Part shown: positions 42,116-53,155 of the stretch, in pieces | How the letters are laid out: the number at the start of each line of letters is the position of its first letter | Position numbering within the stretch: the first letter of the stretch is position 1 | Program-made: the position numbers and the translations under genes | The notes under the pieces: generated by a model | The model's input: the letters and a program-made list of their open reading frames with translations, nothing else | What the model was told of the DNA's origin: nothing | Databases searched by the model: none | Assembly: GCA_965222155.1 (NCBI GenBank) | Contig: CBDCTH010000012.1 | Span: 96,001 to 160,000 of the forward strand | Reading direction: 5' to 3' | DNA: 64,000 nucleotides | From: Gammaproteobacteria bacterium | Lineage (GTDB): Bacteria > Pseudomonadota > Gammaproteobacteria > Eutrophobiales > Eutrophobiaceae

Positions 42116-43102
42116 TTAAAATCTGTCCCCGCTGTTGTCCCCGCTCTGTCCCCGCTGTTGTCCCCGCTCTGTCCCCGCTGTTGTCCCCGCTCTGTCCCCG
42201 CTGTTGTCCCCGCTCTGTCCCCGCTGTTGTCCCCGCTCTGTCCCCGCTGTTGTCCCCGCTCTGTCCCCGCTGTTGTCCCACTGTCCCATTCCGACTACCT
42301 TGTGCTCCAAAGCCGGGAAAGATCGTCTTAATTCATGCACCCTGGCAAGGTCAATATCGGCACAGGCAACGCCCGGCCCTTCTTCCAGACTGCATAAAAT
42401 ATCACCCCAGGGATCGATAATCATGCTATGACCCCAGGTGCGCCTGGTTTCCGTATTCTGCCCGCCCTGGTTGGAGGCGATGACATAACAGAGGTTTTCC
42501 ACCGCTCGAGCGCGCAAAAATAATTCCCAATGGCGTTTTCCTGTAGCGTAGGTAAATGCAGAGGGGACGGTAATTATTTCTGCCTGCTGCCTGGACAGTT
42601 CACGATACAGTTCCGGGAACCGGAGGTCGTAGCATACCGACATGCCGATCCTGCCTAACGGAGTTTCCGCCACGACGATATTGCTGCCCGGTACGATAGT
42701 ATCAGATTCATTGTACACCTCTTTTTCTTCGTTCCCCACCTGGACGTCGAACAGGTGAATCTTGTCATAGCGATGAGTACAGAGGCCATCAGGGCTGAAC
42801 AGCAGGCAGGTATTATACACACGGTCAGCCTGTTCACTTTGCAATGAAAAGGTGCCTGCCATCAGCCAGATCCGGTTGGTCTCGGCCTGGGCGGCGAGGA
42901 AATCCTGGATAGGACCCTGTCCCGGTACTTCCCCGATGCTGATTTTTGCCGTTTCATCGTCACTCATGACAGGGAAATATTCCGGCAACAAGGCAAACCC
43001 GGCGCCCTGGCCGGCCGCTTCCTTTATCAGGTCGGCAGCCTGGGCAAGATTGGCTTGCAGGTTATCGGAGGAAACCATCTGGATTGTTGCAACTCTGGAC
43101 AT
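42116..43102 (-). CDS. Carbon-nitrogen hydrolase (Nit1-like) with repeat-derived C-terminal tail
   Basis: LPEYF, YDKIHLFD, CYDLRFPE, RARAVEN; upstream of tldD as usual. Confidence 0.9.
   Translation of the reverse strand: MSRVATIQMVSSDNLQANLAQAADLIKEAAGQGAGFALLPEYFPVMSDDETAKISIGEVPGQGPIQDFLAAQAETNRIWLMAGTFSLQSEQADRVYNTCLLFSPDGLCTHRYDKIHLFDVQVGNEEKEVYNESDTIVPGSNIVVAETPLGRIGMSVCYDLRFPELYRELSRQQAEIITVPSAFTYATGKRHWELFLRARAVENLCYVIASNQGGQNTETRRTWGHSMIIDPWGDILCSLEEGPGVACADIDLARVHELRRSFPALEHKVVGMGQWDNSGDRAGTTAGTERGQQRGQSGDNSGDRAGTTAGTERGQQRGQSGDNSGDRF
42123..42283. repeat. ~7 x 23-bp tandem repeat derived from a REP half
   Basis: (CTGTCCCCGCTGTTGTCCCCGCT)n starting within GGGGACAGATTTAAAATCTGTCCCC. 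Confidence 0.9.
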
Positions 43103-43266
43103 TATGACATTATACGCAACTCTTTGATTAAGTTACATTGATAAACGGAGGAGTGTCAGGGCGAACGCATACGTTAAAATCCGGTATTTGAATTAATGAT
43201 TGTCCCAGGCTCAATATCGGTGATATATAGAATTATGTATTAACTTATCCTGTACATCCATGTTAG

Positions 43267-43442
43267 CAGGCGCTCCCGCTAAATCGAAGTCAATACAGTG
43301 ATTTTTACCGAAGACAGGGGGGGACAGATTTAAATCTGTCCCCCAAGTTCCCATAAAGGGGCATGTTTCCCTGGGAGGGAGGGTGTCTCGCCCTCCACGA
43401 GGGCAGGATGCCCCCGATCCCGGAAGTTAGCGGGAACTGCTG
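43267..43442. mobile_element. 176-bp MITE
   Basis: CAGGCGCTCCCGCTAA...TTAGCGGGAACTGCTG; 9-bp TSD CCATGTTAG. Confidence 0.88.
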
Positions 43443-43531
43443 CCATGTTAGTTCCCTCCTGTGCATCCGTGTAGAATACACATATAATCTCAACGGTTTA
43501 AATAAGTGAAGTTTAATAAAGAGACAGGATA

Positions 43532-44845
43532 ATGAAACCAATAAAAATAGGGTTGCTTGGCCTGGGTACGGTAGGCGGGGGCGTTGTCACCGTATTGACT
43601 CGGAATGCCCATGAAATCGCCCGGCGCGCCGGCAGGGAAGTGGTCATCAGTCATGCTGCGGCAAAAGAATATGATGCCAGCGCCATCCACGGCCTGGACC
43701 AGGTAGAGCGGATTACGGACGACGGTTTTGCCGTCGTCAATGACCCGGAAGTTGAAATAGTCATTGAACTGATAGGCGGTTACTCACCGGCAAAAGAACT
43801 GGTTTTGCGGGCTATTGAGAATAAAAAACACGTTGTTACCGCAAACAAGGCCATGATTGCCGTTCACGGTAATGATATCTTCAGCGCGGCGCTGGAAATG
43901 GGCGTCATCGTGGCGTTCGAAGCCGCAGTCGCCGGGGGCATCCCCATTATCAAGGCGATACGGGAAGGTCTGGTGGCGAACCGTATTCAATGGGCAGCCG
44001 GTATTATCAACGGTACCGGAAATTTCATCCTCACGGAGATGCGGGATAAGGGCAGGGACTTTGCCGAGGTGTTAAAAGAAGCGCAGGAACTGGGGTATGC
44101 GGAAGCCGACCCGACGTTCGACGTTGAAGGTATTGATGCCGCGCACAAGTTGACCATTATGGGCTCCATAGCTTTCGGTATCCCGCTGCAGTTTGAGAAA
44201 ACCTATACCGAGGGTATCAGCAAAATAGAACGGCAGGACGTGGCCTATGCCGATGAACTGGGTTATCGAATTAAACATCTGGGCATTGCCAGGAGAACCG
44301 ATACGGGAATTGAGCTTCGGGTCCACCCCACACTGATCCCCGCAAGAAGACTGATCGCCAACGTGGACGGGGTGATGAACGCAGTACTGGTGCAGGGCGA
44401 TGCGGTGGGACCAACCTTGTATTACGGCGCCGGCGCCGGTTCCCTGCCGACTGCCTCCTCCGTCGTAGCTGATGTGATTGACGTTGTGAGAGCCTTGACT
44501 ACCGATCCGGAAAACCGGGTGCCGCACCTGGCGTTTCAACCGGATGCCATGTCGGATGTGTCCGTGCTGGACATGGAAGACATCCGCACTGCTTATTATT
44601 TGCGAATGCAGGCCGTTGATAAGCCCGGCGTTTTGTCCGGGATAACGACGATTTTAGCGAACCTGGATATCAGTATCGAGGCGATGATCCAGAAGGAACC
44701 CGAACCGGGCGCCAGCCACGTCCCGATCATCATGCTTACCCAGCGGGTACTTGAACGCAACATGAATAGCGCCATCGGGCAAATCGAGGCCCTGGATTCA
44801 ATAGATGGAAACGTACACCGAATCAGGGTTGAATCCCTCGATTAG
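43532..44845 (+). CDS. hom: Homoserine dehydrogenase
   Basis: GLGTVG, VVTANK, FEAAVAGGIP, GYAEADP, C-terminal ACT domain. Confidence 0.96.
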   Translation: MKPIKIGLLGLGTVGGGVVTVLTRNAHEIARRAGREVVISHAAAKEYDASAIHGLDQVERITDDGFAVVNDPEVEIVIELIGGYSPAKELVLRAIENKKHVVTANKAMIAVHGNDIFSAALEMGVIVAFEAAVAGGIPIIKAIREGLVANRIQWAAGIINGTGNFILTEMRDKGRDFAEVLKEAQELGYAEADPTFDVEGIDAAHKLTIMGSIAFGIPLQFEKTYTEGISKIERQDVAYADELGYRIKHLGIARRTDTGIELRVHPTLIPARRLIANVDGVMNAVLVQGDAVGPTLYYGAGAGSLPTASSVVADVIDVVRALTTDPENRVPHLAFQPDAMSDVSVLDMEDIRTAYYLRMQAVDKPGVLSGITTILANLDISIEAMIQKEPEPGASHVPIIMLTQRVLERNMNSAIGQIEALDSIDGNVHRIRVESLD

Positions 44846-44965
44846 ACCTCATGTTTTATCCGCAGATGACGCAGATTTATTATGCCACAGAGGACACAGA
44901 GAGCACAGAGTGGACCGAGAAGCCCGGCAAACCTGGTTTTCCTTTGTATGCTCTGTGCCCTCTGT

Positions 44966-45141
44966 CAGGTGCTCCCGCTAACTCGAAGTCAATACAGTGA
45001 TTCTTACCGGATTCGAAGACAGAGGGGACAGATTTAAATCTGTCCCCCAGGAGTCACGGGCATTTTCCCCTGGGAGGGAGGGCGTCTTGCCCTCCAAGAG
45101 GGCAGGATGCCCTCGGTCCCGGGAGTTAGCGGGAACTGCTG
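44966..45141. mobile_element. 176-bp MITE
   Basis: CAGGTGCTCCCGCTAACTC...GAGTTAGCGGGAACTGCTG; 9-bp TSD GCCCTCTGT. Confidence 0.9.
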
Positions 45142-45185
45142 GCCCTCTGTGGCTTTCCTGTTATTAAAATTGTGAGTCAGCGTAA

Positions 45186-46295
45186 ATGACAGGTTTGATT
45201 GAACGTTACCGCAAACGCTTGCCGGTGGCGGCTAATGCGCGCGTCATCACCCTGGGTGAGGGGAATACGCCGTTGATCCGGCTGGAAAATATACCCGAGG
45301 CTAACGACAGGGACATCGAATTATATGTGAAGTATGAAGGCTTGAACCCGACCGGCTCTTTCAAGGACCGGGGGATGACCATGGCGATCACCCAGGCGGT
45401 CAGCGAGGGTTCGCAGGCTGTCGTCTGCGCCTCCACGGGCAATACCTCGGCCTCCGCCGCGGCCTATGCAGCCAGGGCCGGCGTAATATCCTATGTTCTT
45501 ATCCCTGACGGGAAGATCGCCATGGGAAAACTGGCCCAGGCCATGATGCACGGCGCCATTGTCATCCAGGTTGAAGGTAATTTTGACGATGGTATGCGGC
45601 TGGTAAAAGAAGTGGCACTTGAGGCGCCGGTTAACATAGTCAACTCGATCAATCCGTACCGTTTGCAAGGCCAGAAAACCGCCGCATTCGAGATTATGGA
45701 CGAACTGGGTAACACTCCGGATTTTCACTGTCTGCCTGTAGGGAATGCCGGCAATATCTCCGCATATTGGGCCGGTTACAGCGAGTATGCAGGGATGACC
45801 ACCGGAGTCAGTGATTTACTGGATGGGCAATGTCCGTATCATCTCGAAGCGGTTGTGGATAAACTACCCCGGATGCTGGGCTACCAGGCCTCCGGCGCGG
45901 CGCCTTTTCTACGGGGCGAAATGATCAAGGCGCCCGAGACCGTCGCCAGCGCCATCCGCATCGGCCATCCCCAGTCCTGGGACCTGGCCTGGGCGGCAAG
46001 CAGACAGTCCGAAGGTTGGTTTGACGAGTTCAGTGATGAAGAGATCCTGGCAACACAGGCGTTGCTGGCTGCCGGAGAAGGTATATTTTGCGAACCTGCC
46101 TCAGCTGTATCGGTCGCCGGCGCCCTGCGCGACATCAGCACAGGCAGGATCCCGGCGGGGAGCACAGTCGTTTGTACCCTGACCGGACACGGCCTGAAAG
46201 ACCCGGATATCGCCATGCAGCAAAGTTCCGCCGCGGTAACAAAGGTCCCGGTAGACCTCGATGCCGTAAAGAGAGTCATTCTTGACAACATGTAA
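45186..46295 (+). CDS. thrC: Threonine synthase
   Basis: [31 protein letters not shown]. Confidence 0.95.
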   Translation: MTGLIERYRKRLPVAANARVITLGEGNTPLIRLENIPEANDRDIELYVKYEGLNPTGSFKDRGMTMAITQAVSEGSQAVVCASTGNTSASAAAYAARAGVISYVLIPDGKIAMGKLAQAMMHGAIVIQVEGNFDDGMRLVKEVALEAPVNIVNSINPYRLQGQKTAAFEIMDELGNTPDFHCLPVGNAGNISAYWAGYSEYAGMTTGVSDLLDGQCPYHLEAVVDKLPRMLGYQASGAAPFLRGEMIKAPETVASAIRIGHPQSWDLAWAASRQSEGWFDEFSDEEILATQALLAAGEGIFCEPASAVSVAGALRDISTGRIPAGSTVVCTLTGHGLKDPDIAMQQSSAAVTKVPVDLDAVKRVILDNM

Positions 46296-46758
46296 GACAG
46301 ACTCGTCGGATGGTCTGAAGGATACCTTGACTTTTGACCGAATCCAGGTCGAAGACACCTACCGGACAGAACCCTACAGCGTATCGTTCGATGAAATGTT
46401 TGAGTTCAACCGGATGTGGGATCCCCTGCCAATCCACCTGGACGAAGCGGCCGCTCTGGCGGCCGGCCATAAGACCATTATTGCCTCGGGGCAATATACA
46501 TTGTGTATCAAACAATACTTTATGAATCAAATGCCCTGGCGCGAGGCAGTTATAGGCGCTATCGGGTTCGATGAACTTCGATTTCTCAATCCTGTCCATG
46601 TCGGCGACATTATTTCCATAAAGGTGGTATGTATCGATAAACGCAGGTCAAGGAGTAAGCCGGACCGGGGTATTTGTAAATTCAGGGTAGAGATGTCCAA
46701 CCAGGATAACGCCGTCGTTTTGACTTACACGGATATCGTCATGCTCAAGAGACGGTAA
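46282..46758 (+). CDS. MaoC-like dehydratase
   Basis: [26 protein letters not shown]. Confidence 0.8.
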   Translation: MTTCKTDSSDGLKDTLTFDRIQVEDTYRTEPYSVSFDEMFEFNRMWDPLPIHLDEAAALAAGHKTIIASGQYTLCIKQYFMNQMPWREAVIGAIGFDELRFLNPVHVGDIISIKVVCIDKRRSRSKPDRGICKFRVEMSNQDNAVVLTYTDIVMLKRR

Positions 46759-46763
46759 AGTAG

Positions 46764-46913
46764 GGAAGCTCTGACAAGTCCGTCCAGGACTTGTCAGAGC
46801 ACGGAAACCAAAAATGCGATTTTTGTTTTCCTCACAAAATCAATGACATAAAGTCATTGATTTTGACGGCACATCCCTGTACCGTAGGGACCTCTGACTT
46901 AATCAGAGGTTCC
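46764..46913. mobile_element. 150-bp IS5-like MITE made of consecutive hairpins
   Basis: Ends GGAAGCTCTGACAAG / CTTAATCAGAGGTTCC flanked by GTAG and TTAG. Confidence 0.55.
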
Positions 46914-46952
46914 TTAGTAATAAGTCTCAATCGTCTTCAATAGTATCGATTT

Positions 46953-48674
46953 ATGAAAATCACCCGTCGCGTTGTTTCTTCTGAGTGCGGCCTGCCGGAT
47001 TCGATTCATCCGGTGATGCGGCGTATCTTCGCTGGCAGAAATATCTCATCATTGCGTGAACTGGATTATTCGCTGACAAATCTTCTGCCGTTCGGCAGGT
47101 TGAAAAATATCGATGCGGCGGCCGGATTGCTCATAGACGCTATCCGCAACGACAAACGGATACTCGTCATAGCGGATTATGATGCGGACGGCGCAACCGC
47201 CTGTGCCGTGGCCTTACGCGGGCTGTGTCTGCTGGGTGCCAGGCAGGTTGTCTACATGGTGCCGGACCGGGTAAAACACGGTTATGGCTTGAGTCCCGAC
47301 GTAGTCCGCCGGGCCCTGGAGTTTGAACCCGACCTCCTGGTGACCGTGGATAACGGTATTTCCAGTCTGGCCGGCGTCGACTTTGCCCGTAGCGCCGGGG
47401 TCGACGTATTGATTACGGATCATCACCTGCCGGGCAAAGAGCTTCCTGCCGCCAACGTCATCGTCAACCCGAATCAGCCGGGTGATCAGTTCCCAAGCAA
47501 GTGTATCGCGGGTGTCGGCGTCATGTTTTACGTACTACTGGCAGTCAGGGCCGGGTTGAGGGATGCGAACTGGTTTGAAGGGCAAGGACTGCGAACGCCG
47601 AACTTCGCGCCACTGCTCGACCTGGTAGCGCTGGGCACCGTTGCCGACGTGGTGGAACTGGATTTCAATAACCGTATCCTGGTTGGGCAGGGTCTGAAGT
47701 GGATCAGGGCGCGGCGCTGTTCCCAGGGTGTCATGGCCTTGATCCGGATCGCCGGCAGCGTGCCCGAGAGGATTACTTCCGCTGATCTCGGATTTCTGCT
47801 GGGTCCGAGGTTGAATGCGGCCGGCCGCCTGGCTGACATGAGCCTGGGTATCGAATGCCTGCTCACGGATGATTTTTCCAGTGCAGTTTCCCTGGCGTTG
47901 CAACTGGATAAATTCAATCGTGAGAGAAAACTGGTCCAGGCTGACATGCAGGAAGAGGCTGAGGCTTATCTGCGCGACGTCGTTGAACTGGAGCAGGGTG
48001 AGTTGCCCTTCGGAGTGTGCCTGTATGACGCCGGCTGGCACCAGGGCGTTGTCGGGATTCTGGCAGGCAGGATAAAAGAGATGGTAAACCGCCCGGTGCT
48101 CATATTTGCATCAGCAGGTGAAGGTTTACTGAAGGGCTCCGGGCGGTCAATCTCCGGGATACACCTGAAAGACGTTCTGGAGGCGCTGGCAGTGCAATAT
48201 CCCAGCCTGATACAGCGCTACGGAGGCCATGCCATGGCTGCAGGTTTGACGATCAGGGAAGCCGATTATGCCGAATTCAGGGAATTGTTTGATGCGCAGG
48301 TCAGAAGTTTGACGGCAGGACGGCTGCCGGGAGCGGAGATCATAACGGACGGTAAGCTGGAACCCGCCGATATCAGCCTGGAGCTTGCCGGAGAAATTGA
48401 AAACGCAGGCCCCTGGGGACAGGGTTTCCCCGAACCCCTGTTCGATAATGTCTTCACCGTTGTCGATGCAAGGACGGTGGGAAACCGGCACCTGAAAATG
48501 AAGCTGCTCCCTGGTGGCGCGGAACGGGCCGTCGAAGCCATATCGTTCAATACGGGACGGGATGCAATCGAGGAGTCTGCGCAGTCGCATCGCTTTGTCT
48601 ACCGCCTGGCAATCAACGACTACAACGGGGCGCGAACCCCGCAACTCATCGTAGAGCATATACAGAGTGAGTAA
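46953..48674 (+). CDS. recJ: ssDNA exonuclease RecJ
   Basis: DYDADG, TVDNG, TDHH, GTVAD, PRLNAAGR, GGHAMAAG. Confidence 0.96.
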   Translation: MKITRRVVSSECGLPDSIHPVMRRIFAGRNISSLRELDYSLTNLLPFGRLKNIDAAAGLLIDAIRNDKRILVIADYDADGATACAVALRGLCLLGARQVVYMVPDRVKHGYGLSPDVVRRALEFEPDLLVTVDNGISSLAGVDFARSAGVDVLITDHHLPGKELPAANVIVNPNQPGDQFPSKCIAGVGVMFYVLLAVRAGLRDANWFEGQGLRTPNFAPLLDLVALGTVADVVELDFNNRILVGQGLKWIRARRCSQGVMALIRIAGSVPERITSADLGFLLGPRLNAAGRLADMSLGIECLLTDDFSSAVSLALQLDKFNRERKLVQADMQEEAEAYLRDVVELEQGELPFGVCLYDAGWHQGVVGILAGRIKEMVNRPVLIFASAGEGLLKGSGRSISGIHLKDVLEALAVQYPSLIQRYGGHAMAAGLTIREADYAEFRELFDAQVRSLTAGRLPGAEIITDGKLEPADISLELAGEIENAGPWGQGFPEPLFDNVFTVVDARTVGNRHLKMKLLPGGAERAVEAISFNTGRDAIEESAQSHRFVYRLAINDYNGARTPQLIVEHIQSE

Positions 48675-48797
48675 GCAACAGCGGACAGACCCCTGCTTAC
48701 TACATGCCGGGGCATGCTTATGTCCGTTCCCATTGCCGCGCTCCCCGATACCCTGTAAAATCTGTCCCCGTTACTATATTGATGACAAAATGGAAAA

Positions 48798-49896
48798 ATG
48801 CTGGAACTGACTTCAATTATCGCCCGAATTAAAGACTGCCAGGGGAGAATCGAATCCCTGAGGAGGTATCTTTGACTTAGATGCCAAGGTCAAACGCCTG
48901 CAGGAAGTCAGGCAGGAGTTGGAAAATTCCGATATATGGAATGAACCGGACCGCGCCCAGGCATTAGGTAAAGAGCGGGCGCTGCTTGAAAAAACGGTTA
49001 AGACAATAGAATCGATCAGCCAGGGAATGGACGACGCTGAGTTGTTGCTCGATATGGCGAAGCAGGAAGACGACGCCGACGTCGTGGCTGAGGTCGTTGC
49101 CGACCTTGACAAGCATGCTGCACAGATACACGAGTTGGAATTCCGGCGTATGTTTTCCGGCGAGATGGACCCGAACAATGCATTTCTCGATATCCAGTCC
49201 GGTTCGGGCGGTACCGAAGCCCAGGATTGGGCCGAAATGCTGCTGCGCATGTATTTACGCTGGGGCGAACAGCGTGGTTTCAAGACGGAAATGATCGAAG
49301 TGTCACCCGGCGAAGTGGCCGGGGTGAAAAGCGCGACAGTCAGGTATGTGGGTGGCTATGCTTACGGTTGGTTGCGCACGGAAACAGGGGTACACAGGCT
49401 GGTAAGGAAATCCCCGTTTGATTCCGGCAATCGGCGCCATACGTCTTTCGCTTCGGTATTCGTTGTGCCAGAGATTGATGACAATATTGAGGTGGATATC
49501 GATACTGCCGACCTGCGTGTAGACACTTACAGGGCCAGCGGAGCCGGAGGACAGCATGTCAACAAAACCGATTCCGCGGTGAGAATGACCCATATTCCCA
49601 CGGGCATAGTCGTACAGTGCCAGAATGATCGTTCCCAGCATAAGAACAGGGACCAGGCGATGAAACAGTTGCGCGCCAAGTTGTACGAACTGGAACTGCA
49701 AAAACGCATGTCCGAACAAAAAGCCATGGAGGAATCCAAGGCCGATATAGGCTGGGGCAACCAGATCCGTTCTTATGTACTGGACCAGTCCAGGATCAAG
49801 GATTTGCGCACCGGCGTGGAGACCGGCAATACCCAGGCCGTCCTGGACGGCAGCCTGGACCGGTTCATGGAAGCCAGTCTCAAGGCCGGAGTATAA
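48798..49896 (+). CDS. prfB: Peptide chain release factor 2 with programmed +1 frameshift
   Basis: AGGAGG-TAT-CTT-TGA-C slippery site at 48861-48876; SPF and GGQ motifs. Confidence 0.96.
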
Positions 49897-49911
49897 TAAC
49901 CAAGGGAAAAA

Positions 49912-50048
49912 TTAACATGGATGTACAGGATGAACAGGATATATGAAAAAATATTCTTGTTTCTTTCAAGCCATTGCCTGCCGGAATGGCACATTAACTA
50001 AAACATTATTTTATTTTTTATCCTGTATATCTTGTATATCGATGTTAA
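49912..50048. repeat. Gene-less copy of the GxxExxY-flanking inverted repeats
   Basis: TTAACATGGATGTACAGGATGAACAGGAT ... ATCCTGTATATCTTGTATATCGATGTTAA between prfB and lysS. Confidence 0.75.
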
Positions 50049-50063
50049 ATTAAAAGGAACAGA

Positions 50064-51557
50064 ATGCAGACGAAAGACGACGACAACGAGATCATCAGGC
50101 AACGGCGTGCGCAGTTGCAGGAACTGCGTGAATCCGGCAATGCTTACCCGAATGACTTCAGGCGGACTATTCTGGCCGCCGATTTGCATGCCCGCTTCGG
50201 TGACAAGGATCGGGAACGGCTTGAGGGAGAGGTTGAAAAATTCAATCTTGCCGGCAGGATGATGAGCCGCCGGGTCATGGGTAAGGTAGCGTTTGCCCAC
50301 ATCCGGGACATGTCCGGGCAGATCCAGCTTTTTATCAGGCGTGACAACCTGCCGGACGGCGCCTATGCCGAGTTCAAGAGGTGGGATATCGGTGACATCA
50401 TTGCCGTGACAGGGAGTGTCTTCAAGACGAAAACCGGGGAACTGTCGATACAGGTTGACAGCGTCCGGCTGCTGGTCAAGTCATTGCGGCCCCTGCCCGA
50501 GAAATTCCATGGTCTGTCAGACCAGGAAACCCGTTACCGGCAGCGTTACCTGGACCTGATTACCAATGAAACGACCCGGCAGACGTTTCAAATCCGCACC
50601 CGCGTGATCAATCATCTGCGCGCTTACCTGAGCGGCTGTGGTTTCCTTGAAGTGGAAACGCCGATGATGCAGGCAATTCCCGGCGGCGCCGCGGCAAGAC
50701 CGTTTATTACCCACCATAACTCGCTGGATATGGATCTGTACCTGCGTATAGCGCCTGAACTGTATCTGAAGAGACTGGTTGTCGGCGGTTTTGAAAAGGT
50801 GTTCGAGATCAACAGAAATTTTCGCAACGAAGGACTGTCGCTGCAGCACAATCCCGAATTCACCATGCTCGAGTTTTACTGGGCTTATGCGGGCTACGAG
50901 GACATGATGGCGCTGACAGAGACCCTGTTGCGTTCTCTGGCAACAGAAGTGAAAGGGGAAACCGCAATTGAATACCAGGGGGAAACATACGATTTCGGCC
51001 AGGATTTCCGTCGAATGACGGTACAGGAAGCTATCCTTTCTTATAACCCGGATTTATCAGCAGGTGATCTCAATGACCTGGATAAGTTGCGTAACATCGC
51101 CGCGAGCATGGGTGTGGAGGTGAAAGAAACCCATGGTGCCGGTAAGCTGCAGGTAGAAGTATTCGAGAAAACCGTGGAGGCGAAACTGAATCAACCCACA
51201 TTTATCACCAGCTATCCAATCGAAGTATCACCATTGTCCAGGCGCAATGACGCACAGCCTGACTTTGCAGATCGATTTGAACTGTTCATCGGAGGACGCG
51301 AGATTGCAAACGGATTTTCTGAGTTAAACGATCCCGATGACCAGGCCGGGCGGTTTCGCAAACAGGCCGAGGAAAAAGCGTCCGGTGATGAGGAAGCCAT
51401 GCACTATGATGCCGATTACATCACGGCCCTGGAATACGGTATGCCACCTACTGCCGGTGAGGGTATCGGTATCGACCGGCTGGTCATGCTGCTTACGGAT
51501 TCGGCATCCATCCGTGACGTGATTTTATTTCCCCAGTTGAGGAAAAAAGAATCATAG
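50064..51557 (+). CDS. lysS: Lysyl-tRNA synthetase (class II)
   Basis: [38 protein letters not shown]. Confidence 0.97.
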   Translation: MQTKDDDNEIIRQRRAQLQELRESGNAYPNDFRRTILAADLHARFGDKDRERLEGEVEKFNLAGRMMSRRVMGKVAFAHIRDMSGQIQLFIRRDNLPDGAYAEFKRWDIGDIIAVTGSVFKTKTGELSIQVDSVRLLVKSLRPLPEKFHGLSDQETRYRQRYLDLITNETTRQTFQIRTRVINHLRAYLSGCGFLEVETPMMQAIPGGAAARPFITHHNSLDMDLYLRIAPELYLKRLVVGGFEKVFEINRNFRNEGLSLQHNPEFTMLEFYWAYAGYEDMMALTETLLRSLATEVKGETAIEYQGETYDFGQDFRRMTVQEAILSYNPDLSAGDLNDLDKLRNIAASMGVEVKETHGAGKLQVEVFEKTVEAKLNQPTFITSYPIEVSPLSRRNDAQPDFADRFELFIGGREIANGFSELNDPDDQAGRFRKQAEEKASGDEEAMHYDADYITALEYGMPPTAGEGIGIDRLVMLLTDSASIRDVILFPQLRKKES

Positions 51558-51719
51558 AAACATGGTTTTCCCTATCCTGGAATGAAACTTTGCCATTTTG
51601 ACAGAGTCTACATGGTGGTATACTACATCCGGGAGTTTACAGGTATCATGAGGTGTACAATGGAGAAAATCCGGCTGCCCCAACATGATGTTATCAAACC
51701 AAGTCAGGAGGAATCACTG

Positions 51720-52193
51720 ATGTCGAAAAAGACTACTTTAAAACCTATAGCGGCTGCATTGGGAACCACTTTTGCAGTTTCACTCACCCTCAGCCCTATT
51801 GCCAATGCTGCTGAGAACCCGTTCACCATGACTGAACTGTCCCAGGGTGGTTACATGGTCGCAGATTCTCATGGGGATGGTGAAGGCAAATGCGGCGAAG
51901 GCAAGTGCGGCGAGGATAAGGAAGGCGAAGGCAAGTGCGGCGAGGATAAGGAAGGCGAAGGCAAGTGCGGCGAGGATAAGGAAGGCGAAGGCAAGTGCGG
52001 CGAGGATAAGGAAGGCGAAGGCAAGTGCGGCGAGGATAAGGAAGGCGAAGGCAAGTGCGGCGAGGATAAGGAAGGCGAAGGCAAGTGCGGCGAAGGTAAA
52101 TGTGGCGAAGGCAAGTGCGGTGAGGACAAGGAAGGTGAAGGCAAGTGCGGCGAAGGTAAATGCGGCGAAGGCAAGTGCGGTGAAGACAAGTAA
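51720..52193 (+). CDS. HvfA-like RiPP precursor with signal peptide and 13 EGKCG motifs
   Basis: AGGAGG RBS; signal peptide ending ANA-AENPF; 30-bp tandem DNA repeats; upstream of an MNIO gene. Confidence 0.88.
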   Translation: MSKKTTLKPIAAALGTTFAVSLTLSPIANAAENPFTMTELSQGGYMVADSHGDGEGKCGEGKCGEDKEGEGKCGEDKEGEGKCGEDKEGEGKCGEDKEGEGKCGEDKEGEGKCGEDKEGEGKCGEGKCGEGKCGEDKEGEGKCGEGKCGEGKCGEDK

Positions 52194-52285
52194 GGATAAT
52201 CTGCATCTGTCACCAGACCTGTCCCGGAGTTCGGCATTCCAGGCACATATACGCGCCGTCTTCGGCTGATTCTGAACGGTCTGGT

Positions 52286-53155
52286 ATGACTGAAACATAC
52301 CCGGTACAGGGAGCCGGTCTGGGTCTGCGGCGAGCCTTCATCGGCTCGCTGGCAGATTCGGAAACACTTTTGTCAGGGATAGATTTCATGGAGGTGGCGC
52401 CGGAGAACTGGATCGATGTGGGTGGACGATTCGGGCGCCGTTTCCGTGAGATCGCAGAGAAAATGCCTATTGTCTGTCATGGACTGTCATTGAACCTCGG
52501 CGGGCCTGCGCCCCTGGATGAGGCATTTCTCCATAAGGTGAAACAATTCCTTGATACCCATGACGTTCGTTGCTACAGCGAACACCTGAGCTATTGTGCG
52601 GATGACGGTCACTTGTATGACCTGATGCCGATTCCGTTTACCGATGAAGCTGTCCGTTATACAGCCGGGAGGATCAAGTGTACCCAGGAGATTATCGGGC
52701 GGCGCCTGGCTATTGAAAACGTGTCCTACTATGCGGCGCCAGGGCAGGAAATGACGGAAACGGAATTTATTAATAACGTGCTGGTTGAAGCTGATTGTGA
52801 CCTGCTGCTGGACGTCAACAATATATACGTTAACAGCATCAACCATCGCTATGACGCCGAAACCTGGCTGAAATCATTGCCGGCGCAACGTATAGCCTAT
52901 GCCCACGTAGCCGGCCATTACGTTGAAGCGGCGGATTTACGGGTGGATAGCCATGGCGCAAACGTTATCGATCCAGTCTGGGAACTGCTTGAGCTGGCCT
53001 ACCGTCATTTTGGTATTTTCCCCACGCTACTGGAGCGGGATTTTAATATTCCCCCATTGCCTGAGTTAGTTGCTGAAGTCGGCACGATTCACCGGATCCA
53101 GTCCCGACAGAAAGATTATCCTGATGCACCCGTCCTCCGCCAAGAACTCGTTTAG
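52286..53155 (+). CDS. MNIO (DUF692) RiPP maturase, HvfB-like
   Basis: GLGLRR, EVAPENW, HGLSL, SEHLS, DVNN, HVAGH, LLERD. Confidence 0.92.
   Translation: MTETYPVQGAGLGLRRAFIGSLADSETLLSGIDFMEVAPENWIDVGGRFGRRFREIAEKMPIVCHGLSLNLGGPAPLDEAFLHKVKQFLDTHDVRCYSEHLSYCADDGHLYDLMPIPFTDEAVRYTAGRIKCTQEIIGRRLAIENVSYYAAPGQEMTETEFINNVLVEADCDLLLDVNNIYVNSINHRYDAETWLKSLPAQRIAYAHVAGHYVEAADLRVDSHGANVIDPVWELLELAYRHFGIFPTLLERDFNIPPLPELVAEVGTIHRIQSRQKDYPDAPVLRQELV

Noticed and set aside
48861-48876. prfB interruption as a pseudogene or novelty
   Set aside because: It is the well-known programmed +1 frameshift with an internal Shine-Dalgarno sequence.
35470-52193. Tandem arrays at 35470, 42123 and 51901 as CRISPR arrays
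   Set aside because: Units are contiguous with no unique spacers; the last encodes EGKCG peptide repeats.
51780-52298. Low-complexity antisense and alternate-frame ORFs ([26 protein letters not shown] repeats)
   Set aside because: Shadows of the HvfA-like repeat; the EGKCG frame has an RBS, signal peptide and cognate maturase.
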